DNA of 64,000 nucleotides. Source: Guillardia theta CCMP2712 (Eukaryota > Protista > Cryptophyta). A program made the translations under genes and the position numbers. This document shows, in pieces, positions 1 to 13,317 of this stretch. A model generated the notes under the pieces. The model was given only the letters and a program-made list of their open reading frames with translations. It was not told the origin of the DNA and made no database searches. The stretch covers positions 248,001-312,000 of the forward strand of contig NW_005434630.1 in NCBI RefSeq assembly GCF_000315625.1, in the 5' to 3' direction. Position 1 is the first letter of the stretch. Each line of letters starts with the position of its first letter.

Positions 1-149
1 GAATTCAAGCGAATTCAGGCTTTGTCAATCAAAGCACTTCAGCTCAGCTTCGTTTCCAATGGCCGGAAGAGTATCGAGATCATAGAACTTCGTATACGAG
101 TGACGATGGTTCCGACACCAGCTTGTAATGCTGAAGCTGAGCCCCTAGA

Positions 150-2960
150 GGCTAGAAAGGTTGAATAATGGGAGGAAGATGTTTCAAGTCAGTAGAGGAA
201 AGGTGTAGCGAGGAAAGAAAACGCTGCGGGGAAGTCAGACGATGGTGCGGAGGAAGCGAAAGATGGGGGGGGGATGGGAATGGGAGGAGGCAAGGGAGGG
301 GGGCTGAGGTTGGGGAAGAACGAATGGGCCAATAATGTAAAAAAGAATTGAATCTATACCCCTTTCTTGTCACAACATATGCAGGTTTTTGGTTGGTAGG
401 GGGTCCTTATCCTACCAACTTTCGTTTTTTCGTTCGCGACATCTCACAATAGGGTTCCGCCTCCTGACCATGGTGGGGTGGGTGGAAACCGGGAGGTGAG
501 GGTGGGCTTAATTTGAGACTAGTATAAGCTTTTTGTACCACAAACAGTTTTAGCCCCGTAGGATCCGCTGGCAAGTCTTAATTTAAGCTCAAGATGGTCG
601 GTGGTGGAGGTGGTGACATTGTGCAAGGGTGACAAACGCTCAAAGCAGAGGGTGGGGTACATGGTGGTGTGGGGGAGGAATAATCAGGTGTGAACTAGGT
701 AGGGTAGTCAGCAATCCTTCCAATTCCGGGGGTGGTTCGCTGAGGAAGAAGGGGTAGGGGCCCTTTATGAGTGGGATCTGTTTCCCAGGAAAAAGTTCTG
801 GGAGGGTGTATCTGGAAAATCGATCTGGTGTAATTGGGTAGGTGGGTTGGTATTTGTCAAGGGGTACTTCAGAGGTGAACCAGGGGGTATAGGAAATATC
901 TCCCCATTTCATTCCAAAGTTTCAAGTTTATCAAGCGGAAGGTAGGGTTACCCCTTTGTGAACTATTGTTGGACCCGGTCTTGGACTTGATGACAGATGG
1001 TAGGGTCCTAAACTTTGACGGGTGTTTCATGATTTAGCGTACAATCTGGAAATATTTTATGTTCCCCAGATTCAGAAGGGGTGGGGTAGTAATACCTACG
1101 GGGTGATAGGAAACACCGTGATCAATTTGGGTAGGTAAGGGTCCATTGGGACCTGAAGTGAGCCTGGTACAGGGTGTAAATGGTGTTATCGTTTTTCGAG
1201 GGGTGGTTATCTCAAAACATGGGGGTTGGGTGGTGGCTAGTCTGGTGGGGTACTTAGGGATGGTGGTTCTGTTGTTGGGGTGGGGTAATGCGAGGGGTGT
1301 ATTGTGGCTGATACAAAAGGGGAGGCGGGGGGATCAACATGTTGGAAAGTTGGCAGATTGGTCAGAGCTTTCGAAAATATTTCTTGAATAATTCAAATAA
1401 TTACCTCAATTCTTTTCATCTTCTGAAATTTTCTTTTGATAGTATTGTCAAGGATGCACATTTCAGTACAAATATACTGATAAAAATATCGATACACCTT
1501 CGGATCTAGTCTTCAACAGCCAAGGCGATCAGACTGTACCGAAATATTCACAAATTTGGTGAAATTGTTCGAAATGTGCTTGCCAACCTTGATGACAGAT
1601 GCAACCATTCCTTTACACCCTCATCACCTCCCCCATCCAACCCAGTCCCACTAATACAGTACCCCACCCAGAGCACTCCTACCCCGTTTTTCTGGTCATT
1701 CTACCCCATATCTATCCCCCACATTTCCTTGCACGGTACCCCTCACCCCCGAAAAATGTTCCCACCCCAATTCATCAGCAATCCTGCGCCTACCTACGTA
1801 CCCCCCAAATAAAATTCCTTGCATACTGTATATATAGTACCCCTACCCCCAGAGCCATACTTCACTCTCATCAACTACCCCCTCGTTTCCCACTGGCTTG
1901 CATCAGCTTCCTCCTCCTTGTACCCCTGACAGGTACGATCTCCCCTGTCTCCATGGACCCCTGTCAGATATCACCCCTTCTTTGGAAGGATGGTATACCG
2001 GTGTGCACCCCAGCTTCTCCCAAGCATCCACATAAACCCTCCTGGCGTTGCTTGTTGCTTTTTAAGACCACCCATACCCTCACTATACATAGCAAATTCC
2101 TTTTTAGACCTCTCGAGTACCCGTACCAATTTAGTCTACATTTAAGCTCACCTTGAAGAGTCTCTTCTACCGCCGCCCCCAACCTACCCCAGTCGTAATC
2201 CTCCGATACCCCAACACCCCCCCTTCCATCGACTCTCAGAAAACTATGGGTAGGCGTACGGTGATGTGGGTAAAACGTGATTGGTTTTGGGTCATTACCG
2301 GTGAAATCACTCTAAAAAGTAGGGGTCTAGTTGATAAAACGGGGGTGGTGTAGAGGTGAACCCCCAAGTTGAGGAGTAGAACAAGGGAGTAGGTTTGTGG
2401 GGGTGGGGGTACGATGAATCCCCCGGGGTGGTCACATGACAAAAAACGGGGGCTGCTAAAACCATCTTTGTAAAATATCAAAGCTTACAACAACTTTTAA
2501 ATTTTGTATGTTTAATTTTCTGCTTCTGAATGCAAATATATTCTAGATCATAATTGTAAAGTATCCTTGAAATATTCAAATTAGTTATAAATAGTTCAAA
2601 ATAAGGGTTCATTGTGCATCGAAAAAACTTTACATAAGTTCGACGGTAACCTGAAATATTCAGGAAATATGAATTCACAAATCCAAAATGGTTATGTGTA
2701 GTTGAAATTTGAAATAAAAAACATATATTTCAAAGAGTACAGAAATGTTGAAATCGTTGTTTTGTTGTATAACCTTTTTTAAATGGCCCCTTTGGCATTT
2801 TGGGATGTGCCTGATCTCATTGTATCGTTCATCATACCGGTGTATTTCCCCCAAAATTGAAGCGAAATTGAGGGTGGGGTAAAAAGTTCTCAGAAATAGA
2901 AACTTCACTGGACCGTAGTTCAACGATTGAGAGTTTTATTACTCAACTATTGTCGATACT
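150..2960. other. Long non-coding region of strand-asymmetric GGGGT(A)/TACCCC-rich blocks around AT-rich cores
   Basis: G-rich ~150-1340, AT-rich ~1370-1580, C-rich ~1600-2230, G-rich ~2245-2460, AT-rich ~2460-2950. The ORFs here are compositional (Pro/His- or Gly/Val-rich) with no recognisable domain. Confidence 0.6.
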
Positions 2961-3317
2961 AAGCACCGGCAGTGACTGAGGCTCAGTACACTGACAGTAC
3001 TACTAGTGACTCCCGGAGCCCGACCGTCAGTGACTGAGAGTTGGATAAGGCGGCGGCCGCCCGGCACCGCCGGTGCGCCGGGGTGACGGTCCGACGGCCG
3101 AGCGTTCCGAAGTTCACTGCCCTGAGCCTGGCAGCCGACTGCGGCCGAGCCGGGCGGCCGGCGGTGGCGGCCGGCAGTCCGAAGTTTGCCAGGGTTAGAA
3201 GCTCATCATTTGCGGATCAAGTTGGGCGGAAGACTCGGTTACCAAGGGTTCACGTACTGCGTTGGGATGTGCGAACTGCCGCCGCTTCCTCTCTTGGGCG
3301 TCGTGTCCTGATGGGCC

Positions 3318-3758
3318 ATGGAGGATGAGCTGACGCCTTGCCCTCTCACCTCAGGCTCACTCACCCGCGACACCCTCGGCATAGCGGCAGCGGAGCTCGA
3401 CGCCATGCTGGCCGAGCCTGGCCGAGCTCTGTCGCAGCGCTGCAGTTACTGCCAGTCCTCACACGGCAAGAAAGTGCGAGTACCTAGAGGGGCTCTGAGG
3501 TGCCGGATGACTTCGGGAAGGAGACCTGAACCCTCCCGCCCACCTCGACATCTCCGGATCGCTTCCCATGTCTGACCTCCTGGTCTGGTTCGAGTCCTCC
3601 ATCTCTCTGACCTTCAAGGCGGAACGAGATCAACGGGGAGGGGAGGGGGGAAGGAAAAGAGAGGAGGGGAGGGGAGGGGAGAGCATGTACAGGAGGCTGA
3701 TCTTGCCCCTACCTTCTTCTCCCGGGCTAGCAAGACGGCCTCCACTGCCTTCACCTGA
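3318..3758 (+). CDS. Small hypothetical protein (probably 3 exons; second intron would be GC-AG)
   Basis: ATG 3318 MEDELTPCPL...CSYCQSSHGKK / DLNPPAHLDISGSLPMSDLLVWFESSISLTFK / EADLAPTFFSRASKTASTAFT*. Lies downstream of a palindrome-rich promoter-like block. No family recognised. Confidence 0.3.
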
Positions 3759-3813
3759 CGCGCAGGGGCAAGGGAGTCATACGATCAGCCAGCCACCCGT
3801 CCCCCAGCTCTCC

Positions 3814-6800
3814 TCACCTGCCCGTCTCGCTTGGCGACCCACTCCTCCCTTGCCTGCCACGTCCTCCATCATCGGTCCCCCTCCTGCTCCTTGTCCAGCA
3901 CACCTTCACACGGGTCTCCCGCTCAGCAAGCGAACTTTCCCTGGAGCGGACATCCAACTCGAGCGCCCTCAGCTTGGACTGCCCGGCAGCATCCTCTCAG
4001 TACGCTGTGGTAGAGAGGAGAACAGGAACCCACCTCTCGCTCTGCCAGCTCCCGTAGCTTCGTCTCCATCACCTGACATGGCCAAAGAGTTCAGGCAGAT
4101 TCTCTCGATCGTCATCCTCTACGTCGATCTCAGTCTTCCTCCTGTTAACTGTGTCTTTCAAGTCCACCACCTCACTTTGAAGGAGCAGCCTGTCAACAGC
4201 AACGCCCTGTGAGCGAGGTAGGAACAGACAGGATCGGTGGGACCTCTGTTGGGCTTTCGAGGAGACTTCTTCCTTGAGCTCCTGCAGCTCCTGCCTCAAG
4301 CTTTCCTCCTCCTCCCTGCAGAGTTTGAGCAAGTCACAGTCAATGAGTGCTGACGTCACCTTGTTGCCGCCAACTCTGCATGCGCCCTCCTCATCGTATC
4401 ATCCATTCTTCGCACCTGAACCAGGAGACAATCAACAAGGACGGGAGGAGGAGGAGGAGGAGGTTGACCTTAGCAAGGTCCGAGGAGTGCTTCTTCATCT
4501 CCTCCTGCAGCTTTTCTATCCTTTCCACCAGCGATTTTTCTTCCCCCTTCAACTTCCTGAGCCTCTGCACACTGAGCGTCAAGATAAACTTGGCAAGGCA
4601 GAAGATGCAAGTTTGCATCGACCTCGTGCGTTGAGCTGATCTCTTTCTCTTTCGCTTCCGCCCTGGTAAGATTCAGATGCTGGTAACTGAGCAAGGAGGG
4701 GGACCATGAAGTCCCCAGCTTGCTCATGTTGCTGTTGAGCGCCTCGACCTACGAGTTGTCAGCATCTCAAGAGGGAGAGGAGGCCAGGGAGCGAGAGAGG
4801 AACATCACGGTTGGGATGGATCGTGTTCAGCATAGACAAGGGTTGAGGAAGTTTACCCGTTGATGAACAGTCTTCATCTTCGTCTCCATTCTTTCCATCA
4901 TCTCATTCTATGGTGGAAGATAAAATCAGCAGGAACGAGCATGGCAGTTGCTGGAACCTGTTGGTGGCTGAGAAATCGAGTGACTTCGTCCATCGCACTT
5001 TGAATTTTCTGCTGGTTGTGTTACAAAGGACATCCAACGACGGTCAGCATACTTGTGACACGAGCTCTCGCTCCCTGGCCCCATTCCTGAAAATGACGTG
5101 TCAACACCAGCAAGGATGGTGGTTGAAGAGGTCAAGGAATGGACTAGCCACGTCATGGGAACGAATAATACGTCACAAACTCCTCAAAACCAAGGTGACG
5201 ATCATGTTGACAACTCACAACGATTTTTCTTGTCCATTCTTCTCTTGTGATGATTTTTGGACAAAAGCGTCCTGTACCACTTCTCAGCCATCCTTCACCA
5301 TCACATTCGTCAGAAGTCACTTCTTGCGCTCCGTGGGCCTCAGCGTTCTTGGTCCGGTTGGATGCGTTTGTTTCCCTCTGAATGTGAGGATGATGATGAT
5401 GATGATGTTTTGTGTGGTCATGTTGGTTTCTCAATGTTCGATTCCCGTCCCTTTCGCTCTCTGCAGAAATAACCGGGCGTTCCCATCCATCTTGAACCTT
5501 CCCTGCCTGTAGAGCAAAGATAAATACCAAACCCTTCCCCCTCCACTTTCTTCTGCTTTTTCTCCTCCCACACAATCTTTCGACTTCCATTGCATCACGG
5601 TATGTTGACAACACTTCAACTTACAAGCGGAGAGTCCAGCGTCCCTTTCTCTGCATGTCCATGGTAAGAAAGCTGGACACCTCCCAACGTTCCACTGGTG
5701 CTCCATCAACTCACCGTGAGCTTGGCCTGCTGAAGGATAGTCCTGCAACTGCGATCCTTGGAACGTGTGCCTCTGATGATGATAAGTCGATTGTGAATGA
5801 GCCGATTTCTGCTGTGAAGATCGTTGATGAGCTGAAATGTCTGACGTCTCGATCGCATCATGCCACATCGCCAACACCTACAATCCTGGTCAAATACGAG
5901 TGACTCTCTACCTATATGCCGTACCTGTGAGGCCGGAGAGATCGGGTCAGTTCCTGGTTCTTGCTCTGGCGCGTTCTTCGCCTTCGAGCTGCCACGGAAG
6001 ACGATATCCTTTCCGCCTTCTGTACAGCAGCATATACAGAGCAAATCAAGGGAAGCGAGAGTGTCACAAGGAAGATACTGTAGGAAGGAGGGGGAGGGAG
6101 GGGGAGGGTCGACTCACCTTCGCTGTCTGCAGCTTTGGTGGAAGTGCTCTGCAGAGACTGCAAGCTTCTTCACACGCTGGGAAGAAAACTTTCATTCATC
6201 CTTGCCTGAATGTAGTTGTTGAGCCCCTTCTTGGCAACTGAGAAGAGTTTGTTTCCAGCATTGCTGCCTCTTTGGCTCAGAGAACTGCAGGACCGCAAGT
6301 ATCACATCACCTGCTCGCACCCTTTCGTGCAACATTCTGCTATCCAGCCCGTCAGTATGAGGGATCAATGAAGCTCGAATCACCTTGCCGCTGTCAAACA
6401 TGAGCGGTGGTTCCACGGGACCGCCTTTTACCGTAGAATATGAGAGGAGGGGGGGGGCGGGGGAGGGAGGGAGGGAGGGAGGAGGAGGAGGAGGAGGAGA
6501 TCAAGAATGGGATGGAGGACAAAAGTGTCAATGAGAAATTCAATCACCAGCAGGAGGAGCGGCTTCTGCGACTGCATTGTTTGCCTGTGGAACATGCGCG
6601 TTCATGTGAGAGCAGAGGCAGAGGATCTCCAGACCTTCGGGTCCATCTTCGCAGGAGGGAAAGACAAGATAGGAGCAGCCGCAGCATCTTTGGCGAGCGG
6701 AACGTTCCCGGTTGAACGACCTTGCACGAAGGGACATTGCGGGTACCTTATTGATGACAGTCAGCGGGAAGTAGTCTTCGGCAGGTTAAGACCAAGTCTG

Positions 6801-7261
6801 ATGCTCCAGCCATGGATCGTCCGTGGGGTCCCAGTTCGTGAGAGCATTCTCACATGCGAAGCAGACGACTCCTGAAGAGGAGGAAGTCAGCGTCATCAGA
6901 CTCCACCCGCGGCTCTAGTCGCACTATCGGGTGCCTTCGAGGTAGGCGCTGCGTAGAACCCTGCAGCTGCCAGTCGCTGGGGAGTGAGAGGAGTGTTGTT
7001 GTGCGGCCATATGATGCTCTCAAAGGTCTTGAGACGAGCGCTTTCCTTCTATCTCATGAATGTAAGGCCAAACAAGACAGGACAACCCATCGCACCATCA
7101 TCTCCTCTGGCATTTTGTTTGATACTGCTGATTCAGCGAAGACAACGCATTGTATCCACTGATCAAGATGCCCGTCCTTCTAGAAGAATTTTGTCGTCTT
7201 GCTTGTTATAACATTCTTCGTGTAAACGAAAGTCATAAACAGGAATATCAAGACCAGCATG
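3814..7261 (-). CDS. Multi-exon hypothetical coiled-coil protein (boundaries approximate; may be more than one gene)
   Basis: Heptad-like exons LRKLKGEEKSLVERIEKLQEEMKK, REEEESLRQELQELKEEV and KLRALELDVRSRESSLAERETRVK, separated by short GT-AG introns. Confidence 0.4.
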
Positions 7262-8609
7262 TTGTGTATACTACCCTACATTTGTTCCGTTCCTTCCACT
7301 TGACTAGATTTTTCACGATTGTTGTCCTTCTTATCTCTCCTGGCTTCATTTCATCTTTATTTCCTCACTCTCTTTATCTTCCTCTTCTTCCTCCTCATCC
7401 ACCATCTGTAGACCACCTCATCTTCTCTAAGGAGAAATTTCGCCCATTTCGGCGCTTTGGTGACGATGCCCGGCGGCCCGGGCCCGGGGCCGGGTTCGGA
7501 GGCTCCGACCGACTCGCCTTATTCCCGGGGGCCCCAGTTTGAGTGTGAAGGTCCGACGGGAGGCTTAACTTCAATTTGAATACAGAGAGAGGTCATGCAG
7601 CCTTGCCGAAGTTGGTCTTTCACTCAGCGTTGTGTCAGGGACCGTCGGACCCTGATCACTGAGATACTGTCGCATATGATAGCGGCCATACCGTACGGCG
7701 AGAAGAGAAAAGACAGCGTGAGAACCAACCCTTATTGATGGAACGTATGCCAGCCGTGCCAGTCAGATAGCGCCGAGTTAACAAAAACTCTCCTGTAAAC
7801 CAAGACGACCTACCGTACGTGTTTTGCGAGGCGGCCAATGTAGCCTGTGTGTGGACGAAGAGGGGGCCGCCCGGCTTTCCTAGCCGTCCGACCGTCTTGC
7901 TAAGGTCCCGGCTCTCATGTCTGAATGCTTGGGTTTCACATCCTACTGAGCATACAGTCTATCTCTCATGTGCTCCTCAATTCTGGATTTGTGTGCATTA
8001 AACTCGGTCTTGAGCAAAAACTGTCTTGTTACAACTAAGGTCGATGTGACGTCTGCAGTGCGTGACTTTGGACTAGTACAAGTCTAACGTCTCTTATCCT
8101 GCCGACTGCTGTCCCCCAAACTTAAGGTCATTGCCAGTGACTTCCTCGACCAGGAGGCTGAGGGCCGAGCCTCCGGCGGAGGCTGGGCACTGCAGTGCGG
8201 CACTGCGGCAGTGATCGGCATTGGTAAATGCCCGGGCCCGGTCTAGGGCCGATGATGAACTTGGAACGGCTGCAACTTGCCCCTACACCCCTGCTAAGAT
8301 GACCCCCACCTACAATTATTGGTATGTACATGTATAGTACCCGTTCTTTTCATACGTAAATACTGTGCTGTACCACATGTAAAGATTTTAGACCCCTTTC
8401 ATTTTAGTACCCCACCCCCTATGTTTGAAAGACAACCTTGAGCCTCTATGGGCGGATTCAACAAGGGATCGGCGCACGCTATCTCCTCGTCCTCCTCGTC
8501 CTCGTCCTCGTCCTCCTCGTCCTACTCATCCTCCTCGTCCTCCTTGTCCTCTTGCCTCCCTCCATCGCGCACATACAGTCAACAGCATTCTTGAAAGTTC
8601 CTTGTTCCA

Positions 8610-10750
8610 ATGAGATTGATAACACCGTTCCTCCTCTGCCTCCTCAATGCTCAGGCCGTCACGGTGACCCCTCACCCTTCATCCAATCTGCCAGCACAGA
8701 ATGTTGAAACATGCTGGAAACTTCCATATCCGACAGAATCACTTCGGGGAGGAGGTGACCTGGCCCATGAAAACGGTGGAGCGGTTGCAGCGAACAAGGG
8801 ATCTGTTGGAATCGATCGCTATCGTGGCAAACCTTGGTACGTCATAGAATGCTCCCACTGCCCTGTGCACAGGCACAACAGACCTCCAGAGATGAACGAA
8901 ACAGAATGGGCTGAGCTGAAGAGAATCATTGAAATCAGCGATGAGATCGAACGGCTGAAAGAAAACCTTACAGATCTCCCGAACCATCTGAGAGCAGATG
9001 TAGAGAGATTGAACGGGATGATTCGAAATGGGACGAAGATCAGGCCCGTGGAGGAAGAGCCCGTGAGGTCGAGGAGATACCAACCAAGGTACCCTCGACA
9101 GAGGACCCTCTCGCCTGCTGAACGAGACGCCATCTCTCGAGTACGCTCCAGTCACGGGACGGCCAACGAGCCTTGCCTGGAGGAGGTGAGAGGGTTTTAA
9201 GAGAGCAGGACGAGCATGGTAACGCGCTTGTCAGGTGTTCGAGGATACAACGTACAGGCAGCGGTCGAAGACTCCGTCCTCATACAGGAACTCTCGCGCG
9301 AGGGTCGTTGAGGTAGGAGGGGAGAGATCTCGATCGAAGAGCGAGAATCCCTCCAACATGGTTGAAGCCGTTTCAAGAGGATGTGAAGACACGTTCTACA
9401 ACATGGTGATTGCCTCGTTGCGGAGTTGTGCTGTTTGGATAATGACTTGTTGAAACTGCAGAGACAGTCCTTCCTTGACCCGGTCCCATATCCTCCCTAC
9501 ATGCAAGAGCACCCAGAGAGCATGCGATCTGTACAGTTTGAGCCCAGTCCGCAAGAAATCCATCATACAGAACAGGAGGGAATGGTCTTGCAGATGGAGC
9601 AAGCTCGGGTTGTGCATGGTGTGTTGTCCATGGACGAAGTAGAGCGAAAGTTGCTAGAGACAAACGCAGGGAAAGAAGCCAGGGCAGAGGAGGACAAAGC
9701 TTCCTCTACATCTTCTGCTAGAGAGGTGCAAGGAGGAGCCTTCTGGCATGAAGAGATCGAACGTCGGATCCTCGCAGGAACGCCGAGGAAGAGGACGGAA
9801 GTGGTAGAGGTGGAAGAGGACCAGACGTTCCAGAAGGGGACGAAAACACTGGAAGACGTGGAGAAGGAGTTGTTGATGTCGAGAGGAAGAGGATCGAGCA
9901 AGGTTCTGTTTGTGTCCTTTTCAAACTTTCTCTTCCTGAAAGTGGGTGATTCAGGTTGGTACGAATCCTCAGCCTGGTGTGAATGGAGCAGGGCAAGGGA
10001 TCAGGTCCCTCGGAGGAGAGGAAGGGGTTGGAGGAAGAGGAGGCCAGAAAGAAGAGAATGCCAAGGTCCAGTTGAAGTCCAGGACGAGGCAAGTCGAGCA
10101 GGAGATGAGGGCTGGCGAACCTCCGGTAGTCAAGACGCCAGTAAAGGACGACAAGTCGCAAGATGGAAACTTGTTGAGCAAGGGAGACAGCAACCCATGG
10201 AAGATTCCACAGAAGCAAACCACCATTACCAGGTGAGGAGGGAGGAGGGAGGAGGGAGGAGGGAGGAGGGAGGAGAGTTGGGAAGGGAGGGGAGGATAGG
10301 ATGACCTCATTCCTTGTCAGTGAATTTGCGGCTTCGTTTCCTACTCTCTCCGAGGCTGCAGATTTCACCAAGAAGAGTGAGACGTTTAGACATGGCCATA
10401 CATTGAATTATGCGTAGATCAATAATTATTCTTAGGAACCCCAAGGGTCCACAAGACCTTCCCAAGGCAACAAGCTTCCCAGGCAGAAGAGGAGGATCAG
10501 GGTGCGAGCTGTTCTGCTCTTGCCACTGCTCTTGCACCTGCTCCTCTACATCTACTGACTACCAGCTATCCCAGGCAAGGGCAAAGGAGGAGGGACTTGG
10601 TTGCGAGTGGCACAGAGGGGTATAGAAGCCCATGAAAGTCATCAAGGCAGCTTTGCCGGGTGAGTCACTCCCTCCTTTTCTCTTTCCTCTTCCTTCGTTG
10701 ACGATCTTTGAACCAGGAGCGGAATTTCTCCTCTCGACCTGCTGCTGAAG
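8610..10750 (+). CDS. Hypothetical protein with N-terminal signal peptide and LRGG leader motif (multi-exon, 3' end approximate)
   Basis: MRLITPFLLCLLNAQA is signal-peptide-like; ESLRGG at 8736-8753; repeated (L/M)xxVE(R/K)xLL motifs in ORF 9426-10304. Confidence 0.5.
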
Positions 10751-10761
10751 GGCAAGCGGGA

Positions 10762-13317
10762 CTAAGCATGGCCGCGCCAGCACAATGATTTCTTTGACCT
10801 CCTGTACCTCCTCTGGGGGGTCATGAAAGCTCCTGCACTGTCTTCTTCCTCGGGGTCTCGAGGTCAGCCGTGTCGCCATCTGCTCTCAGTTCAGCACAGG
10901 AGCAGCAGCGAGTAGCAGCAATCACCCTCTATCTCCGTTGCCGTTCGCTTTCTGCTTTCCACCTGCATGCAAGTCGTCACAAGGAGGAGGAGCAGGAGGG
11001 AGGGGAAAGGAGAGGAGTACCTTCGGGGCTTCTGAAACATTGTGGGAAGTGACATTCCTTTGTGCAGCAGGAACTGCGGGGTGATGATTTGGGTCGATTC
11101 TTTTTGGTTGCATTTCCTGTGAGGAGGGGTTGATCAGTGGGGGGGGCGGGAGGAACAAAGAAGGGAGAGCAGGTCGAACGACGAAATGGAAATGAAAATA
11201 ATGATAGTGATTGTGATGACTGCAGTGGTGATGATGGTGAGGGGGGGGGAGGAGTGATGGGGGGATGGGGGTACGAAGAGAACTACCTCGAACTCGTCTT
11301 CGTTGAATGGTTCGGGGTCTGTCACGAAGTCACATGGTGAAGGGAGGAAGCTGAATGATACCTTGCTCATCCTCCTTGAGTTTTTCCATCATCTCAGACA
11401 GTGTCGTATTTCCTGTTCGACCAATCATCCCTCTCAACACCATCCTCCTCCGCTTCTCCTCCCCTCCTCCTGCTGTTCCTCCCCTACCTGCAGTTTCTTC
11501 CTCTTGAATCCGGGCTGGCAGGGACACGTGAGTCTCACCAAGGGTGCAAGGGTGGAGAAGGGAGGGGCAGGGGAGGTGTAGGAGGGGGAAGGATAGGAGA
11601 GGATGATTTCACCTTCGATCTCCTGTAGGATGTTCGTGTAGTTCTTGCCATCCTTCTCTGCCTTGCTCGACAAAACCTTGCAGACCTCGGACGCCTTCTC
11701 AACACGTCAGTTTCAGCCCCCGCTCCTCCTCCCCTCCCCTCCTCACGCTCGCCTCCTCCTCCACTCCCCTTCTCACGCTTGCTCCTTCTCTCCCCAACCT
11801 CCCTCCTCCCCTCCCCTCCTCCACCCCTCCCCTCCTACTCCCCTCCCTCACACTCGCTCCTTCCCTCTCCTTCCTCACCTCCCTGAGAAGTTCAAGGCCT
11901 GCTTGCTTGTCTCCTTTGTAGAGCATCGAGATCCCCGTGATGTACTCAGCCTGCTCCCACGTCATCGTCCACTCCTCATCCCCTCCACTGTCGCTTCCTC
12001 CATCAACTTCTTGTCGTTCGGGTCCAACAAAGTTCTCCTGAGCAAGAGGCACTGCAGAAGATTCAAACATCAGCCTCCTCATCATTTCATACCCTATGCG
12101 CTTGCCTCCTCCACATCTCTCCTCCCGTTCTCCTCCTCCTCCTCCTCCTCCCGCCTTCCCTCTTACCTGCGAGTAATCCCAGGTGCTCTCCTCGAAATTC
12201 TCATTCCACAAGTTCAGGTCGCCGAGCCGAAGGTGGACGTCGGCGAGCAGGAGGTTCAAACTCTTCCTCTCTGCTGGAGTGACGGGAGCGTCTCCGGGAG
12301 TCGGGGAGAGGAGCTCTTTCTGCAGGATTAGACGAGCCGTCTCCAGGATCTCCCACGCTTGTGTACGAGGGTCGTTCGTCTCCTCGTCCTCAGTCACGTT
12401 GGATCGAGCTGTGCGGGCCATGTCAGCTGCCTCCTCCTCCCCCCCTCCACCATCAGTCTCTCGTACTTGTTGCATTGTCGACGCTGGCGATAGCTCCATC
12501 TGCCTGTGCTTCTTTAAACCCTTCCGTCACTTGTTCTTGGACCTCTTCCTCGACTTTTGCTTGCTCCTCTACGCCTGCGCCTGCTTCTTCAATTTTCCCT
12601 TCCCGATTTTCTTCATTCCCTTCTTCGTGCTTCTCCTCTCCGTCCTCTTCATCGCCTTCCTCGCCCTCCTCTTCCTCTTCCTCCTCTCCCTTCAACGCAA
12701 TATGCTTCGGGACTTTCGGCCCGAACAAATTTTCTCCATCGTCCTGCTCCGCTTCCTGTTGGATAGATCACACGGAGGACAGGTTAGAGTCAGCACAGGA
12801 GGGACGAGCGTACCAGGGCAAGAGCTGAGCCGTACAGGAAGTAGTTCTCCGCGCAGCGAATGGACATCTCGCCATGCTGTTCGACCTATGATCGTTATTG
12901 TCAAGACCTTCTCTACCAGACTTTCCTCCTCCTCCTCTTCCCATGTTCTCCATCCTCCATGCTTCTTCCTTCCTCCCTTCAACTTCTGCTCTCTGGCTTC
13001 ACCTTCATCTGCAGCGCAGCTGAGAAGAGATCCGCTGCTTCCGAGAACATTGCTCCCGCCATAGCCTTCTTGCCGCGGCGAACCAGATCAGCAACTTGGT
13101 CGCTGCCAGCCTCTCCCTGCCCTCCTCGCAGCAGCAGGGGAGGAAAACAAGCCGGAGGAGATGGTGATCGGAGGGAGTAGAGCCTTGCTGAGAGTCTCAG
13201 CAGTAGGGTCGATCCTGCCCGTGACGGCGATGAGATCACGAGGGAGAGGAGGGCGATCGCAATCCCGGCGACTAGCTGCCATTGTCGTCGCATCGATTCT
13301 GCGAGGGGGAGTGTCAT
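10762..13317 (-). CDS. NASP: NASP/Sim3/Hif1-family SHNi-TPR histone chaperone with signal-peptide-bearing N-terminal extension
   Basis: RGKKAMAGAMFSEAADLFSAALQMK..HGEMSIRCAENYFLYG, then an acidic insert (12453-12728), then AWEILETARLI...LADVHLRLGDLNLWNENFEESTWDY, matching SHNi-TPR architecture. Basic C-terminus (RKRT, RRYRRSKK). Hydrophobic LVAGIAIALLSLVISS leader. Confidence 0.75.

Noticed and set aside
152-2923. Short ORFs in the first 3 kb
   Set aside because: Their amino-acid content simply mirrors G/C strand skew, with no domains and no splice pattern.
7545-7940. RNase P/MRP or telomerase RNA
   Set aside because: Partial CR-I/CR-V-like words occur but not as a correctly ordered, complementary P4 pair, and no convincing telomeric template is present.
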